Shown here in pieces: positions 28,604 through 39,682 of a stretch of 64,000 nucleotides of DNA. Position numbers and translations under genes: made by a program. Location: assembly GCF_006345805.1 (NCBI RefSeq), contig NW_021832126.1:62001-126000 (forward strand). The letters run 5' to 3'. Position 1 is the first letter of the stretch, and every line of letters begins with the position of its first letter. This stretch comes from Octopus sinensis (taxonomy: Eukaryota). The notes under the pieces were generated by a model that saw only the letters and a list, made by a program, of their open reading frames with translations, did no database searches and had not been told where the DNA came from.

Positions 28604-29448
28604 ATGACCAGCAACAATACACCCCACTCCACTCGGGAAGCCAAAGACTTTTCTCTCGATTCTTTGGATATTGTGCCGCCCCACACACCGTCCCAAATAT
28701 TCATGACGTATGAAAAGGCTCAGGAAACGATCAACTTTATTTATATGATGAACAAGACTTTGTGGCAAATGATGCAGTACTGCGATACCTGGACTGAGGG
28801 AAGCCACGACTTGAACAAATTTATTGAGCAAATGGACAAGTCTTGTCAAGAAATGGAGCCTCAGAGTGTGGAGGAAATTGAGAAGCACATTCTCTATTTG
28901 GAGCAGTTCGGAGCAGTACATCAGAATCTCCACAGTCTGATACAATCGAGAGATTCCCTGGTGCGTCTGAAGGCCCTGGTCTGTCTGAAAAGACAGTTGT
29001 ACAGCCAAGTGTATGCTCTAATCGAAAACCATCATTTCCAAAAAGACAACTACTACAAAATGCAGAATCTGTGGTACGACTCAAAGTACTCGGAGATTGC
29101 CCAAGCCAGAGGACGCAGTCTGTGTGCAGTCGACAAGTATCGTATCCGCAAGAAGTACCCATGTCCCAAAACCATATGGGATGGGCAACATCGGTCACAT
29201 TCTTTCAAAGATGACATTCGGCGAGTACTCAAGGACAGTTACCTTCGTGACAACTACCCGAGTCCTTCGAATAAAGTCGAGTTGGCCTCCTGCACAGGAC
29301 TCACTGTCACGCAGGTGGGGAACTGGTTTAAGAATAAGAGACAGCGAGACCGTTCATCCAAAAGGTGAGAAATGGCAATATTTTTAGAACAAGAGAAAGA
29401 AGTGAGTCGAAACCGCAGGAAGCCAAATCTGAAGACTTGTCCAAGTGA
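28604..29448 (+). CDS. SIX-class homeodomain protein, Six3/6 (optix) subfamily
   Basis: SIX domain ([39 protein letters not shown]) plus homeodomain [15 protein letters not shown]; single 23-nt intron 29365-29387 just after the homeodomain. Confidence 0.9.
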
Positions 29449-29870
29449 GACACGTTCAGGGATATCAAAGATTCACCGACACTTATGATAATTAATTTAT
29501 AGAACATTGTTTGAAATAAAGTATGTTTAACAATGATGCCTGATAACGCCTCATTAGTCAATGTATATACATGGGGCAGACATGTTAATTCGATTAATAT
29601 TAAATACTGTATCAAAAGACACACGTCGAGAGTATTGTTCTACTACATTGCCCACAGCTGACTACTTAATCAACACATTCTCCAAATGGCCAAGTCATGC
29701 TGTCCTAACCAAACTTGTCAACTAAAACTGAACTTGTATCCTCAACCTTTTGTCTTGATAGGCAGTAAAAAAAGAGCAGTTGAATTCTACTCTTTAAAAT
29801 AGTTTTATTAATATAAAGTCAAATATTTAATAAATTGTAATCAATATAATTAGAATTGTTCTTGTGGCAG

Positions 29871-30127
29871 ATGAGTATTGCCAAGCCAGTTCTGCGTGGT
29901 CTGTATCGAAACCATTTAAAGAAGAGAATGGCAGTGTGTCTATCCTTGAGTGTAGCCTCTGGTTTCTTTGTCTACTTTTACGGAAAGCAAAGATCGAGTA
30001 TAATCGAGAATTACTTCCGGTTAGTCCTAATGACCAACATTATAGAACAACCGACAAGGATTTGGTATTTCGACGAATACGGGAAGGAGGCGAGTTCCAA
30101 TACGTCCGCCCGACTGGCCATGACTAA
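29871..30127 (+). CDS. COX6C: Cytochrome c oxidase subunit 6C
   Basis: MSIAKPVLRGLYRNHLKKRMAV, TM segment, then NYFR/TTDKDLVFRRIREGGEFQYV; one 26-nt intron. Confidence 0.85.
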
Positions 30128-30163
30128 CCCTAATTGCACTAATTCCGTTGTTAGATTAACAAA

Positions 30164-31331
30164 TTAGCAGTCATTAATTAAGACAGGCATCGCCATACAA
30201 GCAGAGTAGTCAGCTGGGGTGAGTGTCCTCATCGAACAGTACAACGAGAGAGCACAGACTTGGTCACAGTCCAGTCTGACCACATCCGACTGTGCAAACA
30301 AGGCAATATATGTGCATATATTATCCTGGACTGCCCTCAGCAATGTCTGGGCATGATTGGTGGTGACTGAGTATATTTTGGACTGAGAGTGAGCCACCCA
30401 TTCCCCATGACTGGTTAAGTAGTATTGAGTGTAGTCGGATATGTCGTAGTTGTATAGACGCACTCCTGGATTCCCTGCTATCCAGGAGAGAGGAGGGGAG
30501 GCGTAGATCACTCGAGAGTAGAGGGCAGGATCCCCGAAGAAGGCATCTTTGTGGAGATGCCCACAAAACACTCCCAGCACAGTTTGGTCGAACTCTCCCA
30601 GAATGTCTATAAATTGTTTGGTGAGTGTTTGAGAATTGTATTGGCGAGTGACATTTGGTTCATGTCCGGGGGGTACGTGAGTGAATATGAGGACAGTCTT
30701 ATTGTTGGCCTGTGCTTTCATTAATGTGTGATTGAGCCACAGGAATTGGTCCCCGGGGTCAGTTTGTGAGGAGGCGTCCTGGTTGGGGAGTATCCAGAGG
30801 ACTGAATTGAGGACGATGGCCAGGAGTGAGTCTGAGATGTGTGTGGAGTAGTACCCGCCTGGTCTAATTACTGTCCCTCTACCTTTGAGGAATGTCCTGT
30901 CCTTAATCAACTCACCCCAGCCAGAACTATCCAGGAAATGTTGGTATACGTTTGGGTTATTGGTGGGCCAGTAGTTGGGGGGACAGTTGTCGTGGTTTCC
31001 CAGTGTGGGGAGGATTGTGGTGTTGGGGAAGTGGGTGGTCAGGAGGGCAGTCACTTTTTTGTACATTTGGTGGAAATTGGATGGGGGGTCGTCACAGGCA
31101 TCGTAGGAGAGATTGTCACTAGAGTGGTTGGTTAGTCCAATACCCAGTCCAGGCAATGAATTCAGGCTTATTCCCGACCTTCTTCATTTGTTTTATGGCA
31201 GTTTTGATGAGCTGCAAATCCTGGGGTTGTTTTGGGGACAAATGGAGGTCAGTAATTTGCCAAAAGTCTGTATATTACATGATTATACATTTGGCTGTGA
31301 ATGCATCAATACAAAGTAGGACGAGAAACAT
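30164..31331 (-). CDS. Acid sphingomyelinase-like phosphodiesterase (SMPDL3-like metallophosphoesterase)
   Basis: Signal peptide, then FWQITDLH, WTGD, LGNHD, HVPPG and GHLHKD motifs; introns of 21, 25 and probably 24 nt. Confidence 0.88.
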
Positions 31332-31399
31332 TTGGAACTAAATTATAATTTGAATAATATTTATATATTCAATTATGGCAAATTAATTAGGGGCGATTC

Positions 31400-33430
31400 A
31401 TCGGGCTAAAGTGAAGATAATTCCCGTTGTACTTACTTGGGATGGAATTGTCTCAAGATTCTTCAAAAGCCATCTGGATTCTATCGCAGTGGAAGACAGA
31501 GTGAAGGCATATATCCAAACACTCGTTTTAAGAAAAACATTAAAGAGTATGCAGGTGGAGACAAGACATGGAATATCGGTTCCCCAAGAGGAGCAAACAG
31601 TGATTGAGTGTCAACCGAAGGATTCTTCTGACCTCCATGTACCGACTATGATAGTTGGGCATAAGAGACGAAGATTGTCCTAAAAAGAATATAGATGCTT
31701 GAAAAATGCTATTATAATTTTTTATTACTCAATAAACAGCAGGGAGACTCATTGTCTCCTTTACTATTTGTTATGGTATTGGATCCTCTAAGCAGGATTT
31801 TTAATTCCGTGTTTCCAAAACTTGAAATTAACCAGGAAGATCCCAATATGTTAACATATTCGACTAATCATTTGCTATTTATTGACGATCTAAAAATATT
31901 TGCTCTCAAACAAGACATTTTACTCAAAATGATGGAAGCTGTTAACGGATTTTTTAAAATTGTTGGTTTGGAGATGAATTCAGAAAAATCAGCGTCTAAT
32001 TTGAAATCATGTTGTAAGACTATTGACGGAATAAATGGATATCGGTATTTGGGTTTATTTGAAGATGGTGGAAGCAATGAGTTATGGACTCTATCTTTGA
32101 GAATGTTAAGAAGAGGATAACTATGCTATCGAAAACAAAACTCAAATAATTATTATATTGGGTTAATCAATATTGAACCTTCTGAATTTGATGATATTGA
32201 CAAATACGGCAATTGCTTACGTAACTCAGATTACATCTCAAAACTGCAAATAAAGAGAGACTGTATTTAAACCGGAAGGCTCTTGGAAGAGGGCTTTCAT
32301 CAGTTACTTTCAAAAATGAACTAATGCTCTTCCAGTTCCTTACGAGTCTGGAAAATATGTCAACTATATGCTTACGGAGGGCGGGGATTCTGTGCGTAAT
32401 TAAAATGAATAAATGGCATTTGGCTATGATCGCAGGATTTCTATCCTCAAAATATGCTGATAAGAAGAGTATTACTATGGAGTCTCTAAAGTCCAGTCAG
32501 ATACAATATTTACAAAAGAAAATTAGTTCTAAAGCACTACATTCTGTGCTTTTCAAATGTATGGATGAACCAATGTTGATTTACCTGCATCCTCAGAATG
32601 GCTATCTAATGGAAATAATGGGCCACGAAGCGAAGCATTGTATTGTCTTTTGCAAGATCGAAACTTGTTCTTTGCATCCGCTGACTCATTATGCAATCAT
32701 TGTAAGAAAAGCAAGAAAACTGTTGACCACATGGCTACTCAGTGTGGTAAAATGCTCAACAGTGATTATCTCTGGAGACACAACGAAGTTGTGAAGTGTA
32801 TTCACCTTAATTTGTGCCGAATGTATGGACTCAAAAAAGCAAGACGATTGAAGGGACATTCTGTTCAGTCAACACTGTCGACGGGAAAAGTTGAAATCAG
32901 GGTTGATACAACAATCCTCACCGAAACAAAAGTAGAATACAACAAGCCGAATATCTTTGTCCACGACAAAGTCAGAAACGAAATAAATTTAATTGAAGTG
33001 GGTATTACTTCACAGGATCTCCTCAAGCAAGTGGAGGTTGAAAAGTGTCACAAGTATGACCTATTGGCAAGTGAGCTTTCGCTTCTGTATAGCTGTCAAG
33101 TAAAAATAATTCCTGTGGTTATGACATGGGATGGAGTTGTCTCGAAATGCTTCAAAAATTATATGAAGAAACTATCTATTGAAGCAGGAACGAGGACATA
33201 CATCCAATCCGTTGTACTGAAAAGAACGCTCGAGAGTATGATGATCGAACACAAGCACGGAATGAAGTTATCCGGTGAAGAATACGCTTCTACTTCTAAC
33301 CGGTATGTAAGAAGATGCAATGGCTGAATCAGATGTGGTAATGGGGAGTAAGAGGCAGCTGGAAATAGGCTCTTCTTCCAAGAGAAGGAGAGTGGATATC
33401 AGCGAGCTGGAGTGAGATCTGCTTAGTTTC
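31400..33430 (+). mobile_element. R4/Dong-like RLE non-LTR retrotransposon remnants (two copies in tandem)
   Basis: QGDSLSPLLF..NHLLFIDDLKIF RT core, CCHC knuckle CNHC..HMATQC, RHNEV, KPNI..IEVG endonuclease; a second 3' fragment KIIPVVLTWDG at 31411-31683 precedes it. Confidence 0.88.
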
Positions 33431-33513
33431 TAATTAACTATTAATTTATTATTGTTTGTTGAAGAAATTTCTCAATAAACAACTATTATATTTGTGGTGA
33501 CCCTGGCGAACCA

Positions 33514-34750
33514 ATGGACGGTGTTTCCATAGGAGTACCAACTAATGTTATCTGTGGACGATTCTGCGAGTGACGTGGAAGGTATCACCTGCCTGTCCAA
33601 CACAGACAGACCTTCCTATGACTACACCGAACATGCCAAATATATAAAACTGTGTCAAAAACTGAACGTGGTGCCCTCATCACTCTTCATTCGAATGATG
33701 GACAGTCCGGAAATGAACATGAGCTACTATAGTCTCAGCAACAGTGCACTCCAGGCAATTAGCACGACTCTGACTGTATTGCATAAACGTGGATGTGTTA
33801 GTCCAATTCGCGGGTGACTTGGCTGGACTTGAGCCACAATTCGATAGGTCCGAAGGGTGGGGCAATCATAATGAGGATGATGACAGAGAATATATATATA
33901 ACCCATCTGGTAGTAATCCTCACTCACTCAGAACTTGTCCGACAATAAAATGACCGACCAAATCTCGACTCTTCTCAAAGCAGTGATCGAACAGAACGAA
34001 TCCCTCACTAAACTCAACTTGTCAGGGAATGAATTAACTGGGAGAACTCTCGAGGAAATATCCGACCCACTCATGGTTGGGTGACCACACTAACCTCCAG
34101 TTCAACCAGAAAATAAAACACCTTAATTTAAGTAAGAACAAACTGGACGACTATGCGGGCTTCCATTTGGGGACGACCATCAAAGAAAGTTCTCTCCACG
34201 AACTGGACGTGAGTTGGAACTGCATTGGGTCAGCAGGCATTGACGAGATTGGGAAGGGACTTAAGGTTTATGACCCGACATATTCCAGAAAAATATGTTT
34301 TTAAAACTAATCGACCTATCTTTCAATAACATCAAACCTCAAAGTGCGGAGAGTTTGGCTCAGGCACTAAAACGAAATAATGTGCTGGAAGAACTGAGAA
34401 TAACGTACTGTGTGCTCAGATTGTAGAAATACTCAAATGAACATGGCCTGTGCTACTATTCTGGCACCCGCACTGGCACAGAACGAGTGTCTGAGGACAA
34501 TAAGGGTGAGTGTGTGAGGGAGGGTAGATCGGGGGTAACCCAATGGGGTCCAAGGGGGTCATGGCTATCGTCCATGCAGTCGCCAAGAGTTCGAAAAGTG
34601 TGCTGAAGGAGGTGGATATGACAGTACAGTGTCTACTCATTTAAGGAGACATCGATAGAGAAGGACGACCTGCAGGCAATGGCACAAATAGAGAGTGAGC
34701 GAGACGACATTACATTCAAATACAGTTCTAACAAGGAGGCTTATTACTAA
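33514..34750 (+). CDS. Leucine-rich repeat protein, LRRC74-like
   Basis: YIKLCQKLNVVPSSLFIRMM..AISTTLT/SNSRVTWLDLSHNSIG and repeated LxxLxLSxN units; seven introns of 22-26 nt; start at 33514 or 33545. Confidence 0.78.
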
Positions 34751-34858
34751 TCACTTCTTGCTAATATCCAGCACTATTTAATAGAAAAGACAAATTGTTA
34801 TTTTAATTGGAAAAAACTCGAAATTGGAGGCTTAAATTGATATGGAGAATATTACTAA

Positions 34859-35114
34859 TCACTTCTTTCCTTGCATGCTAATGTGGAGCACTGTCTATTT
34901 AATAGGAGGGAGTACCATTGCATCCCCGAATGAAGGCACTGCCCAGTTTCTTGAGGAGAGTCCCCTCCATGTACTCTTCCGTGTGGTCGAGGACAATATT
35001 CATGTACCCGTCCAGGCAAACCAGCACTCCTCGGTAGTCAGATGAGTCGTTCAGTTTCACAATCACGGGACGACCGATTATGTACTGCAGAAAGTCCTTT
35101 GGAGTTTGTCTCAT
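34859..35114 (-). CDS. LSM6: U6 snRNA-associated Sm-like protein LSm6
   Basis: MRQTPKDFLQYIIGRPVIVKLN..YRGVLVCLDGYMNIVL..AFIRGCN/VLHIS; one 25-nt intron. Confidence 0.95.
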
Positions 35115-35170
35115 TGTGCACACAATGATCAAAATATTTTATTTATAATTAAAATATTACAAATATATAA

Positions 35171-36607
35171 CTAAGTGTTAATATAACCAGAATTAACAAA
35201 TTCCAGGAATTCCCTTAATTCAGCCGAAATCGTACAATTTAAAAAACACACGTCGACAATTCGGCAGTCCCTCTTCTCCACAACCTCCTTCAATAATTCA
35301 AAATCAAAGGAAAGAGTTTTCATCTCACAAAAAACCGACAGTGGATTATCGCTAACCACAACGGAGAGCATTTCAAGCCCCTCAATGAAGAGTGAGGGAC
35401 ATTGGAGAAGCAGACATGCCAGGGGGACTGACTGAGGGAGGAAGGGAATGGATTGAGTGACCCTAAAGAAGTGCCCCTTCCTAATCCAAGACTCAACCAG
35501 AGAAAGACAGTCAGGAAGGCCTTGACTGAGATGAAAGAAGAGAAGATGTTCATGTTTGGATAGAACATGGAAGAGTCGTTCAACACATGGGAGATGTGAG
35601 TGAAGGAGGGACACAATCGAGGACAGTTCAGAAAAGTGAAGACAGTCCACAACACTGTCCAAATAGTCCAGCAATATATCAATGTGGTTAGTCCGTCGAA
35701 TTAGAAACGAGAATCGGGAAAGTGGGGAAGGCAAGGAGTGGAATATTCTGAGGTCGACAAAGAGGAATGAGCAGTGTGTGGGTGTGAGAACAATGTTAGA
35801 GCGAGGGAAGAGTGAGGACTGAGTGGGCAATTCCATTGGAAAGGGGGGAACGAGTGGTGTAGTGGAATAAAGTATGTCGAATATATAAAAGCACTCATCT
35901 TGATAAACGAGGAGGAGGTTATCCACTGTACTACACTTGGAGAGAGAAGAGATGTCGGGAAGGACCATTGGGGGGTCGGTGGGGTGGCATATTTTGTAGA
36001 GAGACACTTTCATTGAAGGGGAGAGGACAGCCAAGTAAGGAGTGGAGTAGAGGTAGAGGAGAGTGGAGACTGCCTGGGCTCCCTCCAGTCGAATGAGGAG
36101 TTCGAATCCAGCCGGTGTGGTGTGGGTGATGTTGATGGTGTCCTCCGAGTGATAGCAGAGGATTCCCCGGCTGGGAAAAAAGTCGACTTGTAGGACAGGG
36201 ACAGAAATAGAGTCAATCAGTTTGTGTGCACGGAATAATTGCAGTCCGGCCGGATGGGCAGTGATGATGGAGTGGTTGTCGGCCCAATATAAGTGGGTCA
36301 CTTGAGGAGTGTCGACCTTCCAGATGAGGGGATTGAGGAGGGTGTCCTCCCACTTGAATATGGCCAGAGCAAGTGCAGTGCGGAGGTAGTAGACTACGTG
36401 GGAATGTGTTGGGGACAGTTTCATTATTTTTATTTGAGAGAAGAGGGGAATGCACTGGACGTGTCCTTCCTGGCCTGTGCGGAGATTGTGGTAAGTGAAG
36501 TGGGGGGATTGAGTGCCCGTGAAGACGACCAGGTTTTCCCCATCGAACAGAGTGTGGTCGTGGAATGTGGTCGGACTGTGTTCAATCCACAGAGGAGTGT
36601 TCGTCAT
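35171..36607 (-). CDS. RMC1: Regulator of MON1-CCZ1 (RMC1/C18orf8/Mic1)-like protein
   Basis: 478-aa ORF with no obligatory intron; IKIMKLS, VDNLLLV..IFDI, FLIRR and SVPLACLLL..GLEML match RMC1 landmarks as recalled. Confidence 0.68.
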   Translation of the reverse strand: MTNTPLWIEHSPTTFHDHTLFDGENLVVFTGTQSPHFTYHNLRTGQEGHVQCIPLFSQIKIMKLSPTHSHVVYYLRTALALAIFKWEDTLLNPLIWKVDTPQVTHLYWADNHSIITAHPAGLQLFRAHKLIDSISVPVLQVDFFPSRGILCYHSEDTINITHTTPAGFELLIRLEGAQAVSTLLYLYSTPYLAVLSPSMKVSLYKICHPTDPPMVLPDISSLSKCSTVDNLLLVYQDECFYIFDILYSTTPLVPPFPMELPTQSSLFPRSNIVLTPTHCSFLFVDLRIFHSLPSPLSRFSFLIRRTNHIDILLDYLDSVVDCLHFSELSSIVSLLHSHLPCVERLFHVLSKHEHLLFFHLSQGLPDCLSLVESWIRKGHFFRVTQSIPFLPQSVPLACLLLQCPSLFIEGLEMLSVVVSDNPLSVFCEMKTLSFDFELLKEVVEKRDCRIVDVCFLNCTISAELREFLEFVNSGYINT

Positions 36608-36677
36608 GTCAAACAGATTATTATTAACTTATATCAGAATAATTGCGTATAAATAAATAATTAATATAAATTTGTCC

Positions 36678-36957
36678 ATGTTGTTGGTTACGTGGTCTGT
36701 ATATTTCTGTATAATGTTGCACTAATATCCCCAGTATGACATGCTCAGACTACAACTGCCGAAGGGTCAGAGCCACCAACCACATCCTCTCCTCCCTCAA
36801 TTCACCAATTCCCCAATTCTCCGACGTATTTACCAAAGTGTCTTTTTACTGGTCATTCGCGTTGCTTGTCCTCCTGTCCTTTCTCCTGGCATATCTCCTC
36901 TCCTCACACATCACGTTGATCGACTCACAAATCCACCCTCGCAGAGTCGACGATTGA
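36678..36957 (+). CDS. Small single-pass membrane protein, unknown
   Basis: ORF with hydrophobic stretch FYWSFALLVLLSFLLAYLL; exon structure unclear. Confidence 0.35.
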
Positions 36958-37218
36958 TCTCTTCATTCTTCCCTTAAATGTCTATCGATTTCTGGTAATC
37001 CATACCAATCAATCTTACAATCAATTTTTACATTTTTACTTATTTTCTTGTATCATTTACTAATTATGACTTCTCATATATTGATTGTGCTTGGTTACGG
37101 TCGTACTTTTTATGCTTTTGAGTACAAATAATATGAATTCTAAACATGCAGTTTAACAGAACATCAACGGCTCTCTGATTGTAATCTATTGCAATAAGTT
37201 CGCATTTTAATTTAAGCA

Positions 37219-37473
37219 CTGTCCGCTGCCATATTACTTTCCGAGGCAGAACAGACTGACCTACACGTTCCTAAACTGCCCCTTGTTATATGGCTTTTCT
37301 AATTTAAAACAGCCTGACTTAAACGTGCCTACGTTCCCTGCCATATTACTTTTCTAATTCAGAACACAGTGACATAAACTTGCCTGAACTGTCTCCTGTT
37401 ATATTACTTTTCTAATTTAGAACAGACTGACTTAAACTTGCTTAAACTGTCCCCTGCTATATGACTTTGATAA
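37219..37473. repeat. Degenerate minisatellite, ~57-nt unit, about 4.5 copies
   Basis: Recurring ACTGTCCCCTG(C/T)TATATTACTTTTCTAATT(C/T)AGAACAGACTGACTTAAAC-like units. Confidence 0.8.
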
Positions 37474-37653
37474 ATATGGTTTATTCTACAAGTAATCAGG
37501 ACAGAGAATATGGTTGATTTTTGTGTGAAAATAGAAAGTTTAAGTAGGTTATTGGCGGCGCCTTTCAAGTTGGCAACATTTAGAGAATCGGAATTTTCGA
37601 CGATTAACACACTCAGTTTAAAACGGAAATATCGGCCATGATTGCGTATTCCG

Positions 37654-38499
37654 ATGCAGACGGACGAGAAATGTGCAGATTTTATAAAAGTGTTCCAAAA
37701 AGAAGACCACGACCCAGCAGAATCCCGAGAGTTTACATTGGAAGGTATTGGTCTACTTAGGGACACACTTTCTATGACTCAGCTGCAGATATCAATTGAG
37801 GTAAGTGACTACAAAAAGTGCAATTAAATATGCTAAACGAGTGGCTTTAATTAAACTCATGTTCACACTCATTTATTTTCAGAATGCAGTGTCCCAGTAC
37901 AACATGACCAATGCCCTCAACGACCCCTCCACTGCCATCCACGGAGGTGTTTGGAATCCCTTCGGAATGGTAAATCCATTTCTCCTGTCCTCCCTTCTCT
38001 GCCACAATTATGAAGTTCTCTCTGAATCATATATTCAGACCATTCCCTGTGATGACCGAGAAGTGCCTGGCCAACCTGTTTTTCAGTCGACGCCGGAAAT
38101 AAAGGCGAATGTTCAAAATGAGTCGTACATTAAGAAGCCTCTCAACGCATTTATGATCTTCATGCGGGAAAAGAGGAACGAAATAATATCACAATGCCCT
38201 CCCAGAGAGTCGACTTATGTCAACCAACTCCTCGGAAGAAAAGTAGTCTTGTCCTCAGGAGTGTTCAGTGGCGAGAGTTGGGGAAGGAGAAGCAGAGTGT
38301 GTATTACAGAATAGCCAGGGAGGAAAAAGAGGCACACAAGACAATGTACCCCAACTGGACAGCACGCGACAACTACGCCTCCAAACAGACCTGCAAGACT
38401 CGTACACAGTCGAATAGTCTGAAAAGTATTACAGACGAAAGTGGTAGAAAATGCGGACGTGGCGTTTCTAAAAAGTCGATGTGCAAGCAAAGCCGGTGA
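37654..38499 (+). CDS. TCF/LEF (pangolin) HMG-box transcription factor
   Basis: IKKPLNAFMIFMREKR..VNQLLGRK/WREL..YPNWTARDNY; N-terminal DFIKVFQKE resembles the beta-catenin-binding motif; introns of 82 and 26 nt; 3' end uncertain. Confidence 0.9.
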
Positions 38500-38601
38500 T
38501 TCGCTATCGTCATCATTTAGAGAGAGGAAACAGCGTGGTGGCAGTAAGAACTCGACTGAAGAAGGGGGCAGCCCCGAATAGTAATTTTCATTTGTTGTTT
38601 A

Positions 38602-38961
38602 TTAATAAATAAAATATCCTCTCGTTTTAAAGGCGTTCCTGTACTCCTCCTGTCGCTTCCGATGATGAGCAATCACTCTTGTCCAGTACTCGTCTTCATT
38701 CAAGCCCGGAGTGTGGAGAGGGGCATCTGGACCCTTTCGGACGTCCCACAGCCAGGAAGGGTACTCGGAATCTTCCTTCAAGACTGGATCCGATCCTTCC
38801 TTATTTATATTGGCCCCACAGCAATAAGTGCAGAGGATTTTGGCGTCCCCTTCGACATAGACTTTGGTCTTCTTGGCCACTCCTCTCCCTTTGGTGGCGA
38901 CTGAGAATGAGTAATGAGAACTACCAGAATAGGAGCGAGTGATAGACACACAACGACGCAT
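38602..38961 (-). CDS. MRPL54: Mitochondrial ribosomal protein mL54
   Basis: GANINKEGSDPVLKEDSEYPSWLW signature; probable in-frame 24-nt intron at 38901-38924. Confidence 0.88.
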   Translation of the reverse strand: MRRCVSITRSYSGSSHYSFSVATKGRGVAKKTKVYVEGDAKILCTYCCGANINKEGSDPVLKEDSEYPSWLWDVRKGPDAPLHTPGLNEDEYWTRVIAHHRKRQEEYRNAFKTRGYFIY

Positions 38962-38999
38962 TCAAATAATCCCCGTTTTAATATTCTGTCATTTAATTA

Positions 39000-39682
39000 T
39001 TACCAACCATTCTTACTCCTCTCAACAAACAGCTTCCCTTTCTCACTTGTCTCCCAATAGTTTCATTCGAGGCAGCACGTCAATACCCAAACATGGTGCT
39101 TTCCGAACAATTATCGGATGCATGTTATTCACTCCTTCCGACCATGTCCACTGGGAAACCACCATTCTCCCTGTGGAAGATCACCTACGCATGCGGAACC
39201 TCCAATTCCTCAGTCCGCCCATGGAATCAGACCACCCATGTCATTTCCTCTCCCATACAAAAACAGCCGTATGATAGTATTCACCAAGGCAAATCTAACC
39301 CGTGAACTGTCAAAAATTTTTGAGCCTTCCTCCGAGGACAAAGCACGACCATGTATCCACCAAGGCTATTCGAAAACTTTCCTGGAACAAACTGCTAGAT
39401 GACTCTTCTCCTCTGGTGTACGACTCGGAGTCTTCGCTGGACAGAGAAACGAGAACATCTCTGACACAACTTCGTTCTGGACATTTCCTCCTAATTGATG
39501 AATCTGGCTATTGATCTCCTCTTCCGGATCATCTATGCCTATTGCTTCGAAAAGCTTTTTCCGGACCGGAGTCTCCGATAGGCATTATGGACTTATAAAA
39601 GCGCCCAGCACTCGCTGCTGAACGCATGAGGACACCCGGCCTCCTACAAGCTAGAGAGGTCGGGGTAAATAACTAACCTAAA
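39000..39682 (+). mobile_element. Degenerate LINE 3' region
   Basis: ESSLDRETRTSLTQLRSGH motif typical of LINE ORF2 C-termini; ends in a TAAC-like tail; frameshifted. Confidence 0.6.

Noticed and set aside
28586-29198. Long antisense ORFs over Six3/6 (and similar ones over PSMC1, RMC1, SETDB1)
   Set aside because: Shadow ORFs of real coding sequence with no motifs.
29838-29873. Spliced-leader trans-splice acceptor before COX6C
   Set aside because: The AG directly before the ATG is equally explained by a GT-AG 5' UTR intron, and other tightly spaced genes such as LSM6 lack an upstream AG.
30164-31400. SMPDL3-like gene truncated by the adjacent retrotransposon
   Set aside because: The missing signal peptide, DLH and WTGD motifs are present in two upstream exons (31146-31331).
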